Assembly: GCA_026770705.1 (NCBI GenBank)
Contig: JANJGN010000015.1
Span: forward strand, 16,430,001-16,494,000
Source: Isurus oxyrinchus
Taxonomy: Eukaryota
Reading direction: 5' to 3'
Length of the DNA stretch: 64,000 bases
A program made the translations under genes and the position numbers. Below are positions 1 through 11,246 of this stretch, piece by piece (position 1 is the stretch's first letter; each line of letters begins with the position of its first letter). Under the pieces are notes generated by a model. The model did not search any database, was not told where the DNA came from, and saw only the letters and a program-made list of their open reading frames with translations.

Positions 1-1049
1 TGTAGTTCCCTTCTACAAGTATTGTGGTGGTTAATTGTTCCTGTATTTTTACTCTTAGAACTTCTTCGCTAGATTGTAAGTTATAATTTTTAGTTCAGCC
101 GTTACAAAGCTGAGAGATATGAGAGTTGAGAGAAGAGAAAGAGAGCCTTAATGAGTATCCCAGATCCTCTCCATTTGTCATGACAATGTCATAATTGTCT
201 TTTCAATTAATTGTTAGATCTGGCTGTCTTGATCCAGTGAGACGCAGAACAAAAAAAAAGATTTTAATTCCAAAAATATGTTGGCTGCTTAAGAAAAATA
301 TTGATGACATGAGAAGGCTTTTGAAAATTCTATAAAATTGAACCCACTCCAATTATAATCACCTACATTGGTGATTGGGTAGATGATGTAAGTGGGCGGC
401 ATTATGTCCAGATGTGACAGGGCTAAGTGGACCAGTTAATCTTTTTCATACGTTCATAGAAGAAGTGCTGCACAGTTCCTCCACAGGGAGGAAGAGGTAA
501 AAAAGGGGTGTAATTGATCAGTCTTGTGCAATTAACGGCTTCTGACTAAAGATTAACAGAGGCCTTGGCGATGATTGAGTGCCCACCATCCTGGCTAAAG
601 ACCAAGATTGTCTCATCAGTGTTGTTATTCATCAGCCATCTAGTTATCTTTATGTTCTGCCTAAGCAAATGGAACCATTTCCAGCAGCAGTTATGATGCA
701 AGGTGACAGCTTGTTTAACAAAGAGCCTCATGTATTGCCTATCACCTGGCAGAAAATGCCAATATTAGCAGGGACATATCTCTACAGAGATAGAGTATAA
801 TAACCCTGTATGATATAACGTCGCTCTCAACTGTGACAATCAGTAATTTGATAAAAACGGTTAACAAAAATAGCTTGAGAATGTTTGCTTTTATAATTTA
901 TGAACAAGTTGAGTACACAAAAAAACCTTGGTATCCATATGGATCTATCAGAGAAAATATTTCCTGTTTTAGTATAAAAGCTTGTGCAGCCCTCCACCGA
1001 CAGAATTTGTTTTTATTCCTTTACTGGGAGCTATTTTGCTGACCATTCT

Positions 1050-1918
1050 ATTTTTTTATTCATTCATGGGATTTGGGCATTGCTGGCCAGACCAGCACTT
1101 ATTGCCCATCCCTGGTTGCCCATGAGAAGGTGGTGGTGAGCTGCCTTCTTGAACCGCTGCAGCCCATGTGGTGTAGGTGCAACCACAGTGCTGTTAGGAA
1201 GGGAGTTCCAGGATTTTGACCCAGCGGCAGTGAAGGAACGGTGATATATTTCCAAGTCAGGATGGTGAGTGGCTTGGAGGGGAACTTCCAAGTGGTGGTG
1301 TTCCCATGTGTCTGCTGCCCTTGTCCTAAATGGTAGTGGTTGTGGGTTTGGAAGGTGCTGTCTAGGGAGCCTTGGTGAATTCCTGCATCTTCTATATGGT
1401 ACTCACTGCTGCTACTGTGTGTCGGTGGTGGAGGGAATGAATGTTTGTGGATGTGGTGCCAATCAAGCTGGCTGTTTTGTCCTGAATGGTGTCAGGCTTC
1501 TTGAGTGTTGTGGGAGCTGCATTCATCCAAGCAAATGGGGAGTATTCTATCACACTCCTGACTTGTGCCTTGTAGATGGTGGACAGGCTTTGGGGAGTGA
1601 GGAGGTGAGTTATTGCAGGATTCCTAGCATCTGATCAACTCTTGTAGCCACAGTATTTATATGGCTAGTCCAGTTCAGCTTCTGGTCAATGGTAACCCCC
1701 AAGATGTTATTAATGGGGGATTCAGTGATGGTAATACCATTGAACGTCAAGGGGCAATGGTTAGATTCTTGATTGTTGGAGTTGCTCATTGCCTGGCATT
1801 TGTGTGGCGCAAATGTTACTTGCCACTTGTCAGCCCAAGCCTGGATATTGTCCAAGTCTTGCTGGATTTGGACATGGACTGCTTCAGTATCTGAGGAGTC
1901 ACGAATGGTGCTGAACAT
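1050..1918 (-). mobile_element. 5'-truncated LINE of the CR1/L2 group ('family A'): RT C-terminus and 3' tail
   Basis: ORF fragments QQDLDNIQAWADKWQVTFAPHKCQAM..LGVTIDQKLNWTSHI and KKAAHHHLL. Same tail as the copies at 8000, 35880, 58810 and 62790. Confidence 0.85.
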
Positions 1919-2967
1919 CGTACAATCAATTCTACAGTACACAATGCCAGAAGTAACTAGGGAATGTATAGTTGATGCTAGTATTTTATAGGGAGTACAA
2001 TGCCAACCAATTGCATTTAGTTGGAACAATAACACTCAGGCTTTGTCAAGTTAACATTTGAATTTGCAAATGTGACCCATCACAGGAGGGCTTTAGTGAC
2101 CTTCTGCTAGTCACACATTTCTGCTAAGCATTCACTGCATCCACTTAAAATTTTAAAAGAAAAGCAGTCAAAAATGTGGCAAAAGCTATTTGGGCATGAA
2201 TGTCACAACGTGGATTCATTGCACGGAATTCTGTACGTAACAATTAACGAATCTTGGTTGAGCTCTCTGGGCTTTATTTTCCACTGAGTAAAATGGGCAG
2301 TCATAGTGAAGAATGAATGGTAAAAAAATATATACTGTGTGCAAAACATAAAATATCTTTCATTTAATTTATTTTTCTTTGCAGTTCAATCACATTTCCA
2401 GAACTACAGTTCAAAAATAGGTTGACAAAAATTAATGCAGTATAAAAAGATTCCCTGAAGCTGTAAGCAAGACGTGATTTAATGAGTAGTAACCATACAA
2501 ACTATATTATAATTTGTAGAACAATACTTTGCACTTAGCATGGGTGGCTTGTCATTCACTTTGTTTTTGTTTGGATGAAACGAGAATTTCTAAGAAAAAT
2601 AATCTGATATTTTTGCAAATCATTTCTGCCATTTCAAACTAAACAAACCTTCCAACTTTCCTTATGTATTCACTTTCTGCCATTGACATTTGCTAAAGTG
2701 AATCTGTTCTTGATGTTGAATATTATAAAATCATGTCCACCCTCAGATTCACAATTAATTTTACTGCAGTCCAGTAACCAAACATCAAAATGAAATTGTC
2801 TCCAGGTGTGAAAAAAGCATTCACAGAATAATTGATAGAGTTCAGAAGAAATATATCGCATGAGGAAATAAGAACAAACTAGCTGATAGCTGAGCGATTA
2901 TCTGGATAAGCAGAGGTGTGGATTGATTGAAAAAAACTTACATGAAGTAATGAACAATAAAGGAAAA

Positions 2968-3330
2968 TTTTTTTTATTCATTCATGAATGAGGGTGTTGC
3001 TGGCTGGGCCAGCATTTATTGCCCATCCCTAACTGCCCTTACTCAGAGGGCATTTAAGAGTCAACCACATTGCTGTGGGTCTGGACTCACATCTGGGCCA
3101 GACCAGGTTAGAATGGCAGATTTCCTTCGCTAAAGGACACAAGTGAACCAGAAGGGTTTCTAACGACAATTGGCAATGGTTTCATGGTTATCATCAGACT
3201 TTTAATTCCAGATTTTTAATGAATTCAAATTCCACCATCTGCCATTGTGCCGAACCCCAGTCCCCAGAGCATTACCCTGGGTCTCTGGAATACTAGTCCA
3301 GTGACAATACCACCACACCACCACCTCCTC
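2968..3330 (-). mobile_element. tRNA-derived SINE (family S1) with a family-A LINE tail
   Basis: Reverse complement of the 32508..32875 SINE: head with A/B-box-like motifs, GGTTCACT..GGAAGGAAATCTG core, GGGATGGGCAATAAATGCTGG tail. Confidence 0.8.
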
Positions 3331-3639
3331 TAAACTTAGGAAAGAGGTATATAAGTCACTTAGGCTAATAAAGATGAAACGCAAAATTAAAATATCAAAG
3401 ATATAAATGAAATAGTGAAGTTTTCTGGAGACATATAAAGGAGAACTAACACAGATATGGGACTAGTTAAAAAAACGTGCAAGATAAAGTCACCAGAGAT
3501 GATAGCAAAATGGCACAAACACCGAAGAGATATATTGCCACAGATTTCACTGAAAGGGTAATTAAAGGAAATGACAAGAGTGGAATAATTTAAGAGGGTT
3601 ATTACAACACTTAAGGTAGAAAGCAAGGAGATACTAATC

Positions 3640-4415
3640 AAACTTAATGGAGACAAGACCATAGGTCCTGATGGATTTCACTCATGAATTCTCAGTAGAA
3701 GCTAGGGAAGATATGACAGTGATGATACTAATATACATGTATAAAAATGCAATATAAAAATGAATAGTGCCAGAGGGCAGGGACAGTAAATGTAATTCTC
3801 ATTGTCAAAAAGAGGGAGAGAACTAAACTGGGCCTGTATTCACTGGAGTTTAGAAGAATGAGAGGTGATCTCATTGGAACATATAAAATTCTGACAGGGC
3901 TGGACAGACTGGGATGATATTTGCCCAGACTCGGAGTTGGGGGGGTGGGGGGTGGTGGTCGAGAATAAAAGGCCACAATCTCAGGATACAGGGTAGGCCA
4001 TTTAGAACTGAGATGAGGAGAAACCTCTTCACTCAGAAGGTGGTGAACCTGTGGAATTCTCTGCCACAGAAGGCTGTGGAGGCCAAGTCATTGAATATAT
4101 TTAAGAAGGAAATAGATAGATTTCTAGACTGATCTACTCCTGCTCCTATTTTTTCTGCTTCTATGTTTCTAAGAATCATTGAATTTAGAAATGGTGAGAA
4201 TGTGCAATTATTACTACATGGAGTGCTGGAAGCAGGTAGCACTGACATGTATAAGGGGAGGTTTGTTGCATTACTGTAGGAAAATGGAATGCAACAATAT
4301 AGATGCAGGGTGGGGAAGATGTCATTAAAGTGGGACGAGGCTTCTGTGTAACATAAACACCGGTACAGACTAGCTGGACCAAATGGCATCTTTCTGTGCT
4401 GCAGATTCTATGTTG
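3640..4415 (+). mobile_element. Degenerate CR1 LINE fragments
   Basis: GPDGFH-like start; LGLYSLEFRRMRGDLIGTYKIL; RTEMRRNLFTQKVVNLWNSLPQKAVEAKSLNIFKKEIDRFL; CR1-type 3' UTR remnants. Confidence 0.75.
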
Positions 4416-5032
4416 AATAAAATGTATTACAATTTTTTCAATTATCTTTCCAAATGCCGACCAGATTAGTGTTGATACAACAAAAGGGTCTTTTCCACAC
4501 CTGTCACAACTGTAATTGGTACTAAATATCAAACATTCCAAAAAAGCACTTCTATTGGCAGGAATACCAGTGATATATTCGAAGAAACCTATAATCCAGC
4601 TCTCAGTTAACATCCACACATGTCTGGCTTGTGAGCAATCAGGACTGGGCAACCTGGTTTCACCTCTTCATCTCTATCTTTTACAAACGTTTTGAAAGCA
4701 GTGACCACTTGACATGCTTCAAGTTCGACATCACTTCAAATCCAGTTCCTCTTTGTTCCCCTTCTTTCCTCCCTTTTTGACTGTTTTTTGGAATACAATG
4801 GCACATGCGCCAAACATAATCCAATTGCCAGTGGCAATTATTCATGTGGGAGTCTAGATGCGCTCTTCAACCCTGCAGGGATGATTGCCCAATCAAATCC
4901 TGGCCTTTTTCCTAAATCTATGCATGCATGCACCTAGAGCAAGTGTCACTGAATAACAATGAAAAGCAAAGACCTTGGACTGCTAAGGCAGACAGTAGTG
5001 TGCCTGCAGATCAACCCCAAACACAGACAGGA

Positions 5033-5172
5033 AGATAAAAACAAAAAACTGCGGAAGCTGGAAATCCAAAACAGAAACAGAAATACCTGGAAAAACTCAG
5101 CAGGTCTGGCAGCATCGGCGGAGAAGAGCAAAGTTGACGTTTCGAATCCTCATGACCCTTCAACAGAACTAA
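5033..5172 (-). mobile_element. Penelope-like element terminal (pLTR) fragment with hammerhead-like motif
   Basis: CCTGGAAAAACTCAGCAGGTCTGGCAGCATC..GTTGACGTTTCGA..GACCCTTC, matching the end of the GIY-YIG element at 17040..18457. Confidence 0.8.
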
Positions 5173-5406
5173 GTAGAAAAATCATACTTGGGATCTTCCT
5201 AGTTTGTGTGGTTTACCCATTTATTGTTTAAATACGTTGAGAACAATCAAGGAAGCAGAAAGAGTATTTACTTTCATCAACTTGGATTTCAATAATCAGA
5301 AGGGAACATAGGTTGCAGAATGGAAAGATCCAATATATTTATGCACATTCAGATTACCAAACCAGGCTATCTTTCTCCATTGCTAATGGATATAGTTTTG
5401 GAAGCT

Positions 5407-6276
5407 TTATACTCGAGGAATAAAGACTAATCTGGCAGAATAAACCAGATCCACAATGTATACAGCAAGATTAGCGAAGGTTAAAACAGTTGCTGCGACT
5501 TGATTATCCCAAGAGCAGTTTCCTCGTTCACAGTTGGACGGTCTGTTTGGGTGACCATAGCGGGCACTGAAGCAGAAGATTGGCCAAATGATCGCTGCAG
5601 TAATGTACATCAGTACAGCCACAATGTTGTAGACTGTCAAAAATCTCTCAAACGGAAATGGTAGCATCGCGATGAGCTTTGCAATGGTTAAAATGATGAT
5701 GGATAAAGTGATGATAAAGCATATGCAATACACTGCCATACACCACTGCCGCCCACTGTTATCCTGATATGAGCGCTGGACAATTACAAAGATAATACAG
5801 GCGATGAAAGCTTCCAACACTTTCAGGAGCCCGGGAACGGTCTTTAAAAATCCACTGATTTCGCCAGGCTTTGCTCGTGTGAGGCCAACTTCAACTGCAT
5901 AAGCAACAAAGCACAAGCAAGACATAGCAGTGGCAGCTATTTTAAAGTCCATTTGATTGGCCAACTCGAGGAAAATGGTAGGGTAAATGAGCGAAGCAGT
6001 TAAGTTCATCAGCAAAGCAAGCATTGCAAACGATGTAGTGAAATCATCCCAGGATATCGGAATTCTCGAGTAAAGGGTCGTCAGCTCCAGCACAACAATC
6101 AGAACTGAAATCGCGAATGAGAAACACCATGTAAACATGCACCAACCTCCAAAAGGGCCAGAGTATTGCCCAATATGGGCAACCAGGCTGAATGCTGTAC
6201 ATGAGAGAAAGATTTCAAAGAATCTTACAATTCCTACTGGACTTGTCATTAATTTGTAATCCAATAGGGCAGGCAT
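5407..6276 (-). CDS. MYADM: Myeloid-associated differentiation marker family protein (two MARVEL domains, about 8 TM helices), 289 aa, single coding exon
   Basis: Intact ATG..TAA ORF with family motifs TSPVGIVR, CTAFSLVA, WCMFTWCF, ISWDDFTTSFAMLA, YAVEVGLTRAKPGEISGF..TVPGLLKVLEAFIACIIF, WCMAVYCICF, WPIFCF, CSWD..ATVLTFANL..YIVDLVYSARLVF. The exact paralogue (MYADM vs MYADM-like) is not resolvable by eye. Confidence 0.93.
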   Translation of the reverse strand: MPALLDYKLMTSPVGIVRFFEIFLSCTAFSLVAHIGQYSGPFGGWCMFTWCFSFAISVLIVVLELTTLYSRIPISWDDFTTSFAMLALLMNLTASLIYPTIFLELANQMDFKIAATAMSCLCFVAYAVEVGLTRAKPGEISGFLKTVPGLLKVLEAFIACIIFVIVQRSYQDNSGRQWCMAVYCICFIITLSIIILTIAKLIAMLPFPFERFLTVYNIVAVLMYITAAIIWPIFCFSARYGHPNRPSNCERGNCSWDNQVAATVLTFANLAVYIVDLVYSARLVFIPRV

Positions 6277-6280
6277 CTTG

Positions 6281-6300
6281 CTGAGGAACTCAGTAAAACA
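6281..6300 (-). promoter_or_regulatory. Probable 3' splice acceptor 4 nt upstream of the MYADM ATG
   Basis: Minus strand reads tgttttactgagttcctcag|caagATG, consistent with an upstream non-coding exon that was not located. Confidence 0.55.
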
Positions 6301-6939
6301 GTGCAGTCGGTGGATATTCCTGTCTGCAGCAGCTGACTGCGGTAATCTTCACAGCTATCCACACTTGAGTTTACAGAGTGACACGTTTCTGCACAAACAT
6401 TCTTCCAGACTAGTTGCATCTTACTGCAATGCCAATACAAAAGGTGGCTTATTTGTTATCAGAATTGGCAGATGTAACACAAAGAGGTGTGTGCCTTAAA
6501 TAGTTTTCTGTATACATCATTTGCTGAGAGTCATAAATTAACTTCATTTAAGGAAGTTAATATTCCTTTCTATTCTTAACTATACACAAAAATGGTTATT
6601 CATTAACAGCTCTCAGAATATACAAAACCTTATGTAGGTCTTTAGTAGAGGAAGAAAACTTCTAGGTTCTTATCCAAAATTACAATGTCAATTGTGAGAT
6701 CAAATCTTGATAGAGCTTCAACTTTGAGGTGAAATTAGTTGTTCACAGACACAAGTCTGAAATACAGAAATGAGCAATCGCCCTTGTTGAATTCCTGCAC
6801 AATGAAGCTGTGTCACAGTGTACTGCTGTCCTGTACACATGTACAACCACATTCTAAAGTGTGAGAGTCACCACAGTGCAATTAGTTTACAGTCACAGTT
6901 TTCCAGTGCATGTTTGGTTAATTACTCTGCCCAGATAGG

Positions 6940-7070
6940 CACACAGGAACAGGCGGATTGCCATTCAGCCCCTCAAGTCAGTTTTGCCAACATTTAGATC
7001 ATGGCTGATCTGACTCTTAACTCCATCTGCCTACCTTGGTTCCATAATCCTTAATACCCCACCTAACAAA
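6940..7070 (-). mobile_element. CR1 3' UTR fragment
   Basis: GCCATTCAGCCCCTCAAG..AGATCATGGCTGATCTG; resembles the CR1 tails at 23490..23590 and 50010..50120. Confidence 0.65.
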
Positions 7071-7124
7071 AGTAAAGTTTTAAAGAAAATAGTATAAACA
7101 TTTTCTTATTTACTTTACCAATCA

Positions 7125-7262
7125 ATATCCAGTTGCCAACCAACCAGCAGTCTCTTCATATATGGTATAAATTGTAGTTTTCCCCCTATATTGGTATTCT
7201 TGTGAAATGTCCTGATGAGTGCAAGACAAAAAGCTTCAACATGTCTCTTTTTTCAGCAATAC
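7125..7262 (+). mobile_element. Probable solo PLE pLTR with a decayed minimal hammerhead ribozyme motif
   Basis: atgtc-CTGATGA-gtgcaagac-AAAA-agcttc-aacat at 7207..7242, preceded by a tataaa motif and followed by a T-rich tail. Confidence 0.5.
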
Positions 7263-7999
7263 TGTAGTAATATTCTTGTACTTCCTCTAGGCATTTGAAA
7301 ATAAATCCCTCTCTTTGCAGCTGTGTCTGCTTTCCTTTCTCCAATTTTTTGTCTCCTCTACTATTCTGTGTCTCTTCTGCTCATCTGCGTAACTCATGCA
7401 TGTTTTCATTGTTTATCTGTGCATCTGTTTTACTGAACAGAACACGAAAGATATTATTCCCACTCCGTACAACTAACTTCTTTTGTTCACAGTTGAAGAG
7501 AGATCCGTTTTGTGCACTCTGTAACAAAATTGTATATTTGTTCTCTAGAAGTGGATTTCCGATCTTGATGCGCACACGAGTAGTCTTTTCCTTTTCCATC
7601 TATGCCCCACGGCTAACCATTTTTCTCAGTTAAGTAGTTTGTACTTAGGTGCCCTGATGGAGAGACCAGCTATATCCAACTGGGAAGAGAAGGCTGAATC
7701 AGGGACTGTGCCGGGTGTAAATAGGTTTGAAGCTGTTATTTTCCTTGAAACGGTTTTGGGTTTCAAGCCAAATAGGTAAGCGGTGGCGAACTAGATTAGT
7801 AATTATCCTTTGTCCTGACTTTTACAGCATCATTTCAGGTATTCTGAAAAGCTACATTTTTTTGTCTAACTGTTTCACACTAACTTGGTCTTAAATAGCT
7901 TGAGTTCAATAAAATATTGTATATTGAATCACAGGTAGATGGAATATGTTTCCCGGACTTTCTAGATACAATATTTATTCAATAGACTGATTCAACAAC

Positions 8000-8790
8000 A
8001 TGATACATTCAAGTAACATACAAGTAACACAAGTGCCAGACAATGACCATCTTCAACAGGAGAGAATCTAACCATCATCCCTTGAAATTCAATTACCATC
8101 ACTGAATAACCCACTATCAACATCCTAGAGGTTACCGTTGACCAGAAACTGATCTGGGCTAGCCATATAAATACTGTGGCTAAAAGAGCAGCTCAGAGGC
8201 TAAGAATCCTGCAGCGAGTGACTCACCTCCTGACTCTCCAAAGACTGTCCACCATCTACAAGGCACAAATGAGGAGTGTGATGGAATACTCCTCACTTGC
8301 CTGGGCAAGTGCAGCTCCAACAACACTCAAGAGGCTTAACACCATCCAGGACAAAGCAGCCCACTTGATTGTCACCCCCGCCACAAACATTCACTCCCTC
8401 AATCTCTAACGCACAGTAGTAGCAGTGTGTACAATCTCTAAGATGCACTGCAGGAACTTGCCAAGTCTCCTTAGGAAACAGCATCCAAACCTACAACCAC
8501 TGCCATCTAGAAAGACAAAGGCAACATATGCATGGGAACACCACCACCTGGAAGTTCCCTTCCAAGCCACTCACCATCCTGACTTGGAAATATATCGCCG
8601 TTCCTTCACTGTCGCTGGGTCAAAATCCTGGAACTCTCTCCCTAACAGCACTGTGGGTGCACCTACACCACAGGGACTGCAGCAGTTCAAGAAGGCAGCT
8701 CACCACCACCTTCTCAAGGGCAATTAGGGACGGATAATAAATGCTGGCATAGCCAGCGACGCCCACATCCCTTGAACGAATGAAAAAAAA
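8000..8790 (+). mobile_element. 5'-truncated family-A LINE
   Basis: ORFs AKRAAQRLRILQRVTHLLT..RSVMEYSSLAW and CTISKMHC..KKAAHHHLLKGN; tail ends gaacgaatgaaaaaaaa. Confidence 0.85.
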
Positions 8791-8867
8791 CCCATGCAGA
8801 GAATCACGTCTGCCCATGGATATATATTTCAGCTGGCAGCAGGTTTCCTGTGTGCACAATAGCTCCA

Positions 8868-9100
8868 TGTCCAGAATTTTACATTGATCGGGTGGGCACG
8901 TGCCAGACTCCAACGCACGTGAAATTGCTTGAAACGATGTCAGGCGCGCATCCAGATGTCAAAGCCCTATTGTCCACGATTTTACGTTGGCACGTGCGAT
9001 TTCACCCTCGCCGAATGGGCAAAACAGGCAGGCAGCCCAGTTTTAACAAAACCTCATCCACTGGCCGGAAGAAATGTCCGGGGTGAAATATAATGAGAAA
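8868..9100 (+). mobile_element. Harbinger-type MITE left-end fragment
   Basis: Starts gtccagaatttt (TIR-like); shares AAACCTCATCCAC with the MITE at 27789..28451. Confidence 0.5.
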
Positions 9101-10279
9101 CGATATCTGGGGACTGATGTTTCTTTGAGTTCTGCTGCCAGGTGCTCGAATGTGCTGCATGGACACAGTTTGGTGCATTTTTTTCTTGTCATTTAATCTG
9201 TGACTGGGCAATGAATGGCGCCTGCTATTTGTTAGACTTGCCTGTTTAATCTCCATGATATGGCGCGCTGTAAGTTGCTGGAAGTGCTCTGTCTCCCAAT
9301 ATCACCTCCCAGTCTCCCCATTTCTGCCTCCCTCCTCCATCCTTGTCCCCTCATTTTAATGGGGAATGGAGCTATGAATATCTTCAACTTCACATTGCTC
9401 TTTAGTGCCTCCCTGAGGAAGCTGCATGATATTCCACGTTGTGCCCTGTGCCGAGTGGTGGAAGGGGGTGAAGTCCTGAAGGGGCATGGAAAGAAGTCAG
9501 TGGGCAAAGGTTCCCATTGAGTTATCATACTGAGGAGCCCTCACACCCTAAGGTCTGTATGCAAATTTGGCCAGTGGGAGTTTGTGAGATAAGCAGCAGT
9601 TTTTTTTCTAACCCCTATCTCTGCAAGTCCATAAACCTAAGAGTAAATTGGAGCCTTTTACAAACTAATATGAGGTGGAGCTGTGGGTACCTGGAACGAC
9701 AATGGGTGCAACTCTTAATCATTAACTAGTATTGATGGAATTGCTTGTATTGCGGTTGTTGAATTTTCTGGTATGAGTCATCTCTCCTTTCTGTGCGTAT
9801 GTCTTGTGTTGTTCAAAGTTCACAATGCACTGCTTAGTGTTGGAAAGAATTCTGTTGCCATTTACTATCTGAATAATTTAGTGCTTTGTGGAGTTGAGCA
9901 CCTGTTGGCATCATCGGCCTTGCATTCTTTGAGATCCCATATTGTTTGGCATCTTCACTTGATGACAGTGGCAATGGTGAAGGAATTGTGATCCTTATAA
10001 ACAAAAGAGATTATGGCCCAGACCTTCCAGTCTTCAGATGCTTGGAGATCGGACACACGACCTGAGATGCATGTCAGGATCCCGTGGAAGTCCCAATGTA
10101 TTGAGTCCGTGGGAATTGCCCAGGAAGTTTGAACTTCTGATGGGCAATTCCCCTGCACCTCAGGACCCTCCAAAAATGTCTCCAACTCTGAGTTTGTGTC
10201 AGATGTACCTATTTGGATAGTTACATGGAAATGTTGGACAGGAAAACCCTAATCTAACTCCTGGGTAACTACAAAACTG

Positions 10280-10680
10280 ATCCTCCCAATCATTCACGTG
10301 GAACCCCCGACTATTCCTTAGACCCCTGACTAACCTCCCTGACCACTGTTGATCCAACCCAACCCGGCTACCCCTCTCAACCCAACCAGACTACCCCTCC
10401 TGACCTAACTACCCCAATGACCCAACTTGACTACATCCCCCAACCCAACCCAACTACCCCTCTCGACTCGACTACCCTCTGACCCAACGTGACTACCCCT
10501 CCCAACCTGACACAACTACACCTCTGACCAAACCAGGCCCCACCACCAGTCTAGCCCCCCCACCCACCCCCCCCCCCCCCACCTGACCTGACCAGCCCCT
10601 GCCCTGACAACCTCAGACGCCTACCTACCCATTCACATTCACCCATTTATCCATCACCTAATTCACTCACATTCACACTG
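10280..10680. repeat. C-rich degenerate tandem repeat (ccaacccgactacccc-like units)
   Basis: Repeated (g/a)actacccc and cccaacc units plus a C tract near 10560..10580. Confidence 0.7.
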
Positions 10681-10686
10681 GACATT

Positions 10687-10915
10687 TAGGCCAGAATGTT
10701 ACCTTCGGCGCACTGATGCAATATTTCATTCGGCAGGCATGCACCAGAGTCAGCTGCACGTCTGCCAATAATTGAAAGGCCTGTTAAGGTCATTAAGGAC
10801 CTAATTAACTTGAAATTTACGCTGCCTCTAGGAGATTGAAACAATCTTTCATGTGCATGCCCGCTCTCCCTCCTCTCCCCACCTGCACAGGTAGCACTCG
10901 GCACTAACACTCACG
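10687..10915 (+). mobile_element. Harbinger-type MITE fragment
   Basis: aggccagaatgtta start; ggcctgttaaggtcattaag and cgctgcct..gggaga motifs resemble the 27789 MITE. Confidence 0.45.
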
Positions 10916-10920
10916 ATCCA

Positions 10921-11246
10921 AGCGGGGTAGGCCAGCATTTATTGCCCATCCCTAATTGCCCTTGTTCAGAGGGCATTTAAGAGTCAACCACATTGCTGTG
11001 GGTCTGGAGTCAGATGTAGGCCAGACCAGGTAAGGATGGTAGATTTCCTTCCCTAAAGGACATTAGTGAACCAGATGGGTTTTTGACAATAGGCAATGAT
11101 TTTGTGGTCATCATCAGGCTTTTAATTCCAGATTTTTATTGAATTCAAATTTCACCATCTGCATTTCGAACCCAGGTCCCCAGAGCTTTACCCTGGCTCT
11201 CTAGACTACTAGGCCAGTGACAATACCACTACGCCATCACCTCCCC
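10921..11246 (-). mobile_element. tRNA-derived SINE (family S1)
   Basis: Near-identical to the copies at 2968..3330 and 32508..32875. Confidence 0.85.

Noticed and set aside
7381-7599. 72-aa minus-strand ORF upstream of MYADM as an extra coding exon
   Set aside because: No homology recognised, no convincing splice sites, and MYADM is complete in one exon. It could still be untranslated exon sequence.
10280-10680. Repeats as a CRISPR-like or telomeric array
   Set aside because: Irregular degenerate units without unique spacers; not TTAGGG; eukaryotic context.
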